Part shown: one piece after another, positions 44,247 through 51,138 of the stretch
How positions within the stretch are numbered: the stretch's first letter is position 1
How the letters are laid out: each line of letters begins with the position of its first letter
Notes under the pieces: generated by a model
Databases searched by the model: none
The model's input: the letters and a program-made list of their open reading frames with translations, nothing else
Told to the model about the DNA's origin: nothing
Made by a program: the position numbers and the translations under genes
Assembly (NCBI GenBank): GCA_031549025.1
Contig: JAVBQN010000061.1
Coordinates: 6,882-70,881, forward strand
DNA: 64,000 nucleotides
Source of the DNA: Candidatus Adiutrix sp.
GTDB lineage: Bacteria > Desulfobacterota > Desulfarculia > Adiutricales > Adiutricaceae
Reading direction: 5' to 3'

Positions 44247-45158
44247 ATGGGTAAAGTGCTGGTCACGGGGGCCGGCGGTTTTGTCGGAGGGTTTATAGCC
44301 GCCGAACTGGCCCGGGACGGGTGGGATGTGATGGGATTGGCCCGTCGGCCGGGGGACCGGAAGGTCCCCTTTCCGGTGGTGGTCCATGATTTGACCGAGC
44401 CCCTCCCGCGTATCCCGGATGTCATCGCCGTGATCCATGCCGCGGCGGCCGTCCGGCGTCTGCGTGGCCTGTCGGCTGAGGAACATCGCGCCGACAGCCA
44501 AGGACTTGTTCTCGCTGATTTTCTGCGGCACAATGTTTTGGCCACAGCCAACGTGGCCTGTTTCGCCCGGGAGAATGGGGTGGAAAAAGTCTTCTACACT
44601 TCGTCGGTGAGCGTTTACGGTGATTGCCGCTCATCGGTTATGGACGAGGGTGGAGACATCATAAATCCCGACTCGTACGCTTTGACCAAATACGCTGGAG
44701 AGCTCCTCCTGGCCGACGAAACGATTTTTAAAAGCCTCAGGCTGCGCCTGCCCGGAGTCGTCGGTCCGGGATCCGAGGGCCATTGGCTGGCCAATCTCAC
44801 GACTCGGCTGCTGGCGGGAGAGCGGGTGGTCATCTACGAGCCGGATTTCGAGATCAACAACTTTGTCCCGGTGCGCTCCCTGGCCGAATTCGTCTCCAAG
44901 ATGATCGGCCGTGATGACTGGGAGTCCCAGACCGCGCTTCTGGGCTGCGCCCGGGGGGCCAAAATAAGGGACATCGCCGAACGCGCGAAGGCCGCCCTGG
45001 GTTCGACCTCGGAAATAGCGGTGGGCCGCCCGGTCAAACCCCCTTTCCGTCTCGACGTGTCCCGGGCCGTGGCTCTGGGGTACCAATCCCCGGATCCGCT
45101 GGAGATCGTCGAGAATTACTGCGCGGCCCTCTTGGCCGCCGGCCGTCGGCCGGCCTGA
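44247..45158 (+). CDS. NAD-dependent sugar epimerase/dehydratase (extended SDR)
   Basis: KVLVTGAGGFVGG (Rossmann GxxGxxG) and YALTKYAGE (YxxxK). Confidence 0.85.
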   Translation: MGKVLVTGAGGFVGGFIAAELARDGWDVMGLARRPGDRKVPFPVVVHDLTEPLPRIPDVIAVIHAAAAVRRLRGLSAEEHRADSQGLVLADFLRHNVLATANVACFARENGVEKVFYTSSVSVYGDCRSSVMDEGGDIINPDSYALTKYAGELLLADETIFKSLRLRLPGVVGPGSEGHWLANLTTRLLAGERVVIYEPDFEINNFVPVRSLAEFVSKMIGRDDWESQTALLGCARGAKIRDIAERAKAALGSTSEIAVGRPVKPPFRLDVSRAVALGYQSPDPLEIVENYCAALLAAGRRPA

Positions 45159-45166
45159 GCCCGTCC

Positions 45167-46177
45167 ATGGCCGCTCCGGGGGACTCCGCCGCCCTGGTTG
45201 CCCGTATCCAAGCCCTTCTGGGCGCGGGGATAAGCGGCTTGGCGCGTCTCGGCGGAGGCCGCAACAGCCAAGTTTGGCTGACTGTTTCCGATGCGGGCCG
45301 GCGGTATGTCGTCAAATGGTATTATACCGTACCTGGAGCCGGGCGCGACCGCTTGGACGCGGAATGGCGGGCTCTGGTTTTTTTGCGGGCCCGCGGCCTG
45401 GATTGTGTGCCCCGGCCTGTGACCCGGGATGCTTCGGCCAATCTGGCGGTCTTTGAGTATATCGCGGGGCGCGTTCCCGACGCCGAAACCGGGCGGGTCG
45501 AATCGCTGTTGGGTTTTATGGGGCGATTGCTTCGGCTGCGTCAGGCTCCCGGGGCCTCGGAACTGCCCCCGGCCGCCGACTCTCTGCCGCGGCCGGCCAC
45601 GGTGATCGGCCAGATCCAAGCCCGCCTGGACCGGCTGCGGCTCGTGCCGGAACCGTCTCTGGAGCGTTTTCTGCGCGATGAGTTCGATCCGGCTTGGAGG
45701 CGCTTGCGGAGCGAGGCGCCGAAAGTCTGGCCGGACGGAGGCCCAGCCATCCTCAGTCCGTCGGACTTCGGATTTCACAACGCCATCTTGAGCCCCGACG
45801 GCCGGATGTATTTTGTGGATTTCGAATATTTCGGCTGGGACGATCCGGCCAAGCTCATTGGAGACACGATCCTGCATCCCCATGAAAACATGGGGCTGTC
45901 GGAGGCTCAGAGTCGCTCCTGGCTTGACGGCATGCTCGAGCTGCACCGGGACGACGCCGGCCTTTCCCGGCGGGCGCGATTGCTTCTGCCCTTTCTGGCT
46001 TTGAAGTGGAGCCTGATTTTGCTGAATGAATTCCTGCCCCTAGACGCCGGCCGACGGGCTTTTGCCGGGCGCGTCCCCGGGCCGGAAGTTTTCACGCATC
46101 AGTTGGAAAAGGCCCAACGGATGCTGGAAAAGGGGGCCGAAATGGAGAGGGCCCTCTTCCCCGGCCGACTCTCCTGA
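45167..46177 (+). CDS. Aminoglycoside/choline-kinase-like phosphotransferase (APH fold)
   Basis: YVVKWY (Lys), SPSDFGFHNAIL (D-x4-N catalytic loop) and YFVDFEYFGWDDP (DFE metal-binding). Confidence 0.75.
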   Translation: MAAPGDSAALVARIQALLGAGISGLARLGGGRNSQVWLTVSDAGRRYVVKWYYTVPGAGRDRLDAEWRALVFLRARGLDCVPRPVTRDASANLAVFEYIAGRVPDAETGRVESLLGFMGRLLRLRQAPGASELPPAADSLPRPATVIGQIQARLDRLRLVPEPSLERFLRDEFDPAWRRLRSEAPKVWPDGGPAILSPSDFGFHNAILSPDGRMYFVDFEYFGWDDPAKLIGDTILHPHENMGLSEAQSRSWLDGMLELHRDDAGLSRRARLLLPFLALKWSLILLNEFLPLDAGRRAFAGRVPGPEVFTHQLEKAQRMLEKGAEMERALFPGRLS

Positions 46178-46352
46178 TTTGCAGCCGATGGAATTGAAAT
46201 TGCGTTGTATTCCTGATGGGCGCCTGAAGGCGGCAGTTGTGACCTGATGTTGGATGTTTTTTGGTAAGAGGCCGTATCGTTTGACCAGTCGCCACCCACT
46301 TTTTGATCGCCGTAAGCTGACTCTGCGTCCCCTCAGGGAGCGGGAGCATGAT

Positions 46353-47240
46353 ATGGACCTGTCTATCGTCCGGCCGCTGCTTCCGGTGGCGGGCGCCGTT
46401 CCGAAACCCGTCCGCCTGGCGGCCCGGGCCATGGTCGAGGCCAAGCGGCGAGGGGCGCCGGTGATCTTCATGATGGGCGCCCATGTTCTGCGTTCCGGGG
46501 TGCAGCGGTATATCATCGACCTGATGGAACGGGGTCTGGTCGCCGGGTTGGCCGGCAACGGGGCCTGCGCCGTCCACGACTTTGAACTGGCTCTGATCGG
46601 GGCCACCACCGAGAGCGTGGCCCGGTATATCCAGGACGGCCGCTTCGGCCTCTGGGCCGAATTGGGCGAGATGAACCGGGCTTTTATCCGCGGCGCGGCC
46701 GAGGGCCTGGGGGCCGGGGAATGCGTCGGCCGCCTCATCACGGAAGGCGGTTTTCCCCACCGGGACATCAGCCTGTTCGCCGCGGCCCACCGGCTGGGAC
46801 GGCCATTCACCGTTCATATCGGCCTCGGACACGATATTCTCCACGAGCACCCCACCTGTGACGGATCAGCTTTGGGTGCGGTCAGTTATACTGATTTCCT
46901 GATTTTTACCCAACTCCTTTCCGGGCTCGAAGGCGGAGTTTTCGCCAATTTCGGCAGCGCGGTCACCGGACCGGAGGTCTTTTTGAAAGCCCTGGCCATG
47001 AGCCGCAACGCCACCGGCGGCCCCCGACGCTTCACCACCCTGGTCGGCGACCTCCACGAACTGCCGGAAAACGTTTCCGGCGAAGCGGAAAAAACCGCGC
47101 CGATGTATTTTTACCGGCCCTGGAAAACCATTCTGGTCCGGTCGGTTCGTGACGGAGGCCTGGGGCTGTATGCCCAAGGCCGGCATGAATACACTATTCC
47201 CTTCCTGTGGTCGGCGGTCAATGAAGAAGAACAGCGATAA
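46353..47240 (+). CDS. Uncharacterised protein, possibly deoxyhypusine-synthase-like fold
   Basis: The ATG at 46353 follows GGGAGCGGGAG (the ORF track start 46254 is also possible). The weak resemblance to the DHS family (VIFMMGAHVLRSGV...LAGNGACAVHDFE...HIGLGHDI...NFGSAVTGPEVF) is from memory only. Confidence 0.5.
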   Translation: MDLSIVRPLLPVAGAVPKPVRLAARAMVEAKRRGAPVIFMMGAHVLRSGVQRYIIDLMERGLVAGLAGNGACAVHDFELALIGATTESVARYIQDGRFGLWAELGEMNRAFIRGAAEGLGAGECVGRLITEGGFPHRDISLFAAAHRLGRPFTVHIGLGHDILHEHPTCDGSALGAVSYTDFLIFTQLLSGLEGGVFANFGSAVTGPEVFLKALAMSRNATGGPRRFTTLVGDLHELPENVSGEAEKTAPMYFYRPWKTILVRSVRDGGLGLYAQGRHEYTIPFLWSAVNEEEQR

Positions 47241-47841
47241 TGCCAGCCCCTTGTTCGCCTGGGACGATCAACTCGCCGCCATGGGCCGGACTCTGGCTGG
47301 TCTGGAAGCCTGGGGCCGGGATGGCCTGCCCCAGGCTCCCGACGCGGCCTTCGCCGAGCTCCTCGCGCACACGGAGCGGCTGCGGAGCCGGGACGGCACG
47401 CTTTTTCTGGCCGGCAACGGGGCCAGCGCCAGCCTGGCCAGCCACAGCGCCGTGGATCTGATGAAAAATGCCGGCCTCAAGGCGGTGGTGCTCACCGATC
47501 CGGCCCTGATGACGGCCTGGGCCAACGACCTGTCTTATGAGGAAGTTTTTGCCGCGCCCTTGGATATCTGCCTGCGTCGGCGTGATCTTTTGGTCCTGAT
47601 CAGCAGTTCCGGTCAATCCCCCAACATCCTCGCCGCCGCCCGGGCCAGGGGGGCCTGGCTTATGACGCTTTCGGCCATGCGCCCGGACAATCCCCTCCGG
47701 GGTCTCGGGGACCTGAACTTCTACCTGCCCGCCGGCACCTACGGATTGGCGGAATCCGCCCATGCCGTGGTTCTGCACCACTGGATAGATCTGGAGGCCG
47801 CCCGGAGCCGCCGCCAACCAAAGGAGGACGGCTGTGGGTGA
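47221..47841 (+). CDS. SIS-domain sugar-phosphate isomerase (GmhA-like)
   Basis: FLAGNGASASLASHSAVDL and LLVLISSSGQSPNIL match the GmhA/DiaA SIS pattern. It overlaps the upstream gene by 20 nt. Confidence 0.8.
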   Translation: MKKNSDNASPLFAWDDQLAAMGRTLAGLEAWGRDGLPQAPDAAFAELLAHTERLRSRDGTLFLAGNGASASLASHSAVDLMKNAGLKAVVLTDPALMTAWANDLSYEEVFAAPLDICLRRRDLLVLISSSGQSPNILAAARARGAWLMTLSAMRPDNPLRGLGDLNFYLPAGTYGLAESAHAVVLHHWIDLEAARSRRQPKEDGCG

Positions 47842-49348
47842 AATCCTGGCCTTTGACCGCTTGTCCGAAGAGGTGAGCCGCCATCGGGGGGAGGGCCGCC
47901 GGGTGGTGCTTTGCCACGGTGTGTTCGACCTGCTCCATATCGGTCATATCCGGTATTTGCAAGGCGCCAAAGAGTACGGCGACGTCCTGGTGGTCACCCT
48001 GACGCCGGACCGGTATGTGGACAAGGGGCCGGGCCGGCCGGCCTTCGCGGAGTCGCTGCGGGCGGAAATGCTGGCTTCGCTGGGTTTTGTCGACCATGTG
48101 GCCGTCAACTTGTGGCCCACCGCGGAGGACACTCTCAGAGCCCTGCGGCCGGATGTCTACGCCAAAGGCGCCGAGTTCAAGAACATCGCCGACGATCCCA
48201 CCGGCAAGATCGCCCTGGAGGCGAAGGTGGCCGAAGCGACCGGCACCCGCCTGGTTTTCATCGACGACATCACGTTCAGCTCTTCCAACCTTATCAACCG
48301 ATACCTGAATGTCTATTCGGAAGAGCTGGCCATGTATCTCAGCCTGCTTCGGCAACGCTACCGGTTGTCCGAGGTTATGGAGCTGATCGACAGCCTGTCT
48401 CGACTGAAAGTGCTGGTCCTGGGGGAAGTCATCATCGACCAGTATGCGTATTGCTCACCCTTGGGGTTGTCGTCGAAAGACCCGACCATGGCCCTGCGCC
48501 AGAATTCCTGCGAAAGCTTTGCCGGGGGGGCGGCGGCTGTGGCCCGACACGCCGCCGGATTGGCCGGCCAGGTTGATTTTTTAACTGTCTTCGGCCGGGA
48601 ATGTCCGTATTTGGACCTCGTGCGGGAGAGCCTGCCGTCGAATGTGCGCCTTATGTACGAGGAGGCGCCGGCCTCTCCCACGGTCCGCAAGCTGCGCTAT
48701 GTGGACCACTATTCGATGGCCAAGCTTTTAGAGATTTACCACATGTCCGACCAGCCGTTGCCGGAGGAACTGATCCAGGGTTTAACCGGCCGCCTGGCGG
48801 GCTTGGTGGGGGACTACGATCTCGTTCTGGTCGCGGACTACGGCCATGGCCTGATCGCCAAGCCGCTGATAGACCTGCTCTGCGGCCGGGCGCCCTACCT
48901 GGCGGTCAACACCCAGGCCAACGCCGGCAACCGGGGCTACCACACCATCTGGCGCTATCCCCGGGCCGACTTCATTTCCCTGGCCCGTCATGAGATAAAT
49001 CTGGCCTTCCAGGACCGCCAATCCCCGGTGCGGGAGCTCATGGTGGAACTGAAACAGAAACTCCGGCCCGCCACGCTCATCGTGACCTGCGGGTCGGACG
49101 GCCTGAAGGCGTTGACCGATGATGAATATATCCAGACGCCGGCTTTGGCCACCCGGGTCATTGACCGGGTGGGGGCCGGCGACGCCCTGTTCGCCGTCGC
49201 CGCCCTGTCCTGCCGCCTGGGATTCCCCCTGGAAATAACCGGGCTTCTGGGCAACGTCGCCGGCGCGATCATGGTGGAGACGGCCGGGACCAATCAGTCC
49301 ATCACCCGCAACGGGCTCCGGAAGGCTTTCACCGCCATGCTGAAATAG
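47834..49348 (+). CDS. Bifunctional cytidylyltransferase-like nucleotidyltransferase (N-terminal) + PfkB sugar kinase (C-terminal); HldE/RfaE-like with swapped domain order
   Basis: The GTG follows AAGGAGGA. The N-terminus has VVLCHGVFDLLHIGHIRYL (HxGH). The C-terminus has VLVLGEVIIDQY, FAGGAAAVA and DRVGAGDALFA (PfkB). Confidence 0.85.
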   Translation: MGEILAFDRLSEEVSRHRGEGRRVVLCHGVFDLLHIGHIRYLQGAKEYGDVLVVTLTPDRYVDKGPGRPAFAESLRAEMLASLGFVDHVAVNLWPTAEDTLRALRPDVYAKGAEFKNIADDPTGKIALEAKVAEATGTRLVFIDDITFSSSNLINRYLNVYSEELAMYLSLLRQRYRLSEVMELIDSLSRLKVLVLGEVIIDQYAYCSPLGLSSKDPTMALRQNSCESFAGGAAAVARHAAGLAGQVDFLTVFGRECPYLDLVRESLPSNVRLMYEEAPASPTVRKLRYVDHYSMAKLLEIYHMSDQPLPEELIQGLTGRLAGLVGDYDLVLVADYGHGLIAKPLIDLLCGRAPYLAVNTQANAGNRGYHTIWRYPRADFISLARHEINLAFQDRQSPVRELMVELKQKLRPATLIVTCGSDGLKALTDDEYIQTPALATRVIDRVGAGDALFAVAALSCRLGFPLEITGLLGNVAGAIMVETAGTNQSITRNGLRKAFTAMLK

Positions 49349-49410
49349 GGGCCCGTTTATCCGGGCTGGAAGAGCTCCCGGCGGACTTCCGGGCCTGAGG
49401 GCCATTCAGA

Positions 49411-51138
49411 TCAGAGCGGCGTTTTCACCGCGTCCGTCAGGCGGACTAAAATTTTATTCGGCGTCAGGGCCGGGGCGGACGCGCGCTGAAGCCCGAGGCG
49501 CTCCAGGAGGAGGCCCCCCTCGGCAAACAATTCCGACGCGGGGCGTTCCGTGGCCAGGCGCCGGGCCAGATCCGTACGGAAGAGGGTGCGGCCCGGGCCG
49601 GGGGGCAGGGCCTCCAGGAGTTCCCGGGCGCGCGAAGGGGGGGCCATCTCCCGGTCGTCGAAGGGGCGGCGCTTGAATTCGGGGGTGAAGAGGGTCGCCC
49701 AGGGTTCGGGGTCCCGTTCCTCGAGGTGGCCGTCCCGGTCGGCCCGGTCGAAATCGGCCTTCACCAGGTCGGCCCCTTCCATCAGGGCCGTGCCCAGAAG
49801 CTTTTTCAGCGCGAAACTCCTCAGCCAGGTTCCCGGTTCCAGAAAACAGACATACTCGCCTTGGGCCAGTTCCAGGCCCCGGGCCCAGGCCCGGGCTTGA
49901 TCTTCATCGGTCCCGGCCGGCACGGTGAACCGGGAATCGTTTCGGGACAAGGCCCGGCACAAATCCCGGTTCGCGCCCCGATCGGCCCGCCCGGTCAGGA
50001 GCACCTCATAGTGCTCTGAGGCCAGGTCGTCCTGGCGGGCCAGGGTCCTCAGAGCCGGGAGCAGGGTGTCGTCGAATTCCTCCCGCACGGGCAGGATCAC
50101 GGTCAAAAGCGGCTTTCCGCCGTTTCCCTGAAAGCGGCCGGCGATGGCGCGGTCGAAAAGGTAGTTGGCGGCCCCCGGGTCATAGTTGTCCAGCAGGCTC
50201 TGCCGCCACAGGTCCTGAAGCTCGGCGAAGGTGAAGCGGCGGATGAAGCCGTCGGCCAGCGTCTTGATTTGAGGCTTGAGGTCGGGGCGGATCAGGCGGA
50301 AGGATTCGAAGAGAAACCGCAGCTGCTGATCCCAGATGTGCACCAGAGCCTCCCGGCTCACCGACCGCTCGCGGCACAAGGCGTCGCACTGCTCGTAGAC
50401 CGCCCGCAGGTCCAGGCGGCGTTCGTCCCACATGCCGTAGGCCTGACCCTCCGGCCGCTTCCACATGTACAGATACAGGGTTTCCGGCAGAACCTCGATG
50501 CGCCGGGCCGAAACCATGGCCCCGATCACGAACGGCATGTCTTCGTTGACCCGGGTGGGGGCGAAACGTATTCCGTTCTCCTCGATGAATTCCCGGCGGT
50601 AGAGGCGGAACCAGGGGTAGAACGTGACGTTCAGCAGCTCGGGCATCTCCTCCACGGAGACCGGCCCCCGGGCGCGGGCCCGGGCCAGGAGGTTCCGGTC
50701 TATTTCCCACATGGGTTTCCGCTGCCCGGTTCCGGTTTCGATGATGGTGTATTGGAACAGGAGCACGTCCGGCGGATCCGGGGCGCTCAACACCGGCCAG
50801 AGCTTGAGGAAGGCGTCTGAGGTGAGCCGGTCGTCACTGTCCACGAACCAGACAAAGCGCCCCCGGGCCGCCGCCAGGCCCGTATTGCGGGCCACGCCCA
50901 CCCCGGCGTTGGGCTGGGTGAGCACCTTGACGTTGGGGAACCGCCCGGCATAGTTTCGGGCCAGAGCCAGGGATTGGTCCGTTGACCCGTCATCGACGAC
51001 GAGAACCTCAAAGGACAGCGGCGCGCACTGGAACAGGATGGAATCGAGGCAGACGGCCAGGAGCCGTTCCAGGTTGTACACCGGGATGATAAGGCTCAGG
51101 TCCGGCCGATCCGGTTGAAGCGGCATTTCGGCGCTCAT
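49411..51138 (-). CDS. Two-domain glycosyltransferase (GT2 + degenerate GT2-like)
   Basis: Domain 1 has LSLIIPVYNLERLL, VLVVDDGSTD and FVDSDDRL. Domain 2 has LLTVILPVRE...YVCFLEPGTW (the DxD is replaced). Confidence 0.85.
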   Translation of the reverse strand: MSAEMPLQPDRPDLSLIIPVYNLERLLAVCLDSILFQCAPLSFEVLVVDDGSTDQSLALARNYAGRFPNVKVLTQPNAGVGVARNTGLAAARGRFVWFVDSDDRLTSDAFLKLWPVLSAPDPPDVLLFQYTIIETGTGQRKPMWEIDRNLLARARARGPVSVEEMPELLNVTFYPWFRLYRREFIEENGIRFAPTRVNEDMPFVIGAMVSARRIEVLPETLYLYMWKRPEGQAYGMWDERRLDLRAVYEQCDALCRERSVSREALVHIWDQQLRFLFESFRLIRPDLKPQIKTLADGFIRRFTFAELQDLWRQSLLDNYDPGAANYLFDRAIAGRFQGNGGKPLLTVILPVREEFDDTLLPALRTLARQDDLASEHYEVLLTGRADRGANRDLCRALSRNDSRFTVPAGTDEDQARAWARGLELAQGEYVCFLEPGTWLRSFALKKLLGTALMEGADLVKADFDRADRDGHLEERDPEPWATLFTPEFKRRPFDDREMAPPSRARELLEALPPGPGRTLFRTDLARRLATERPASELFAEGGLLLERLGLQRASAPALTPNKILVRLTDAVKTPL

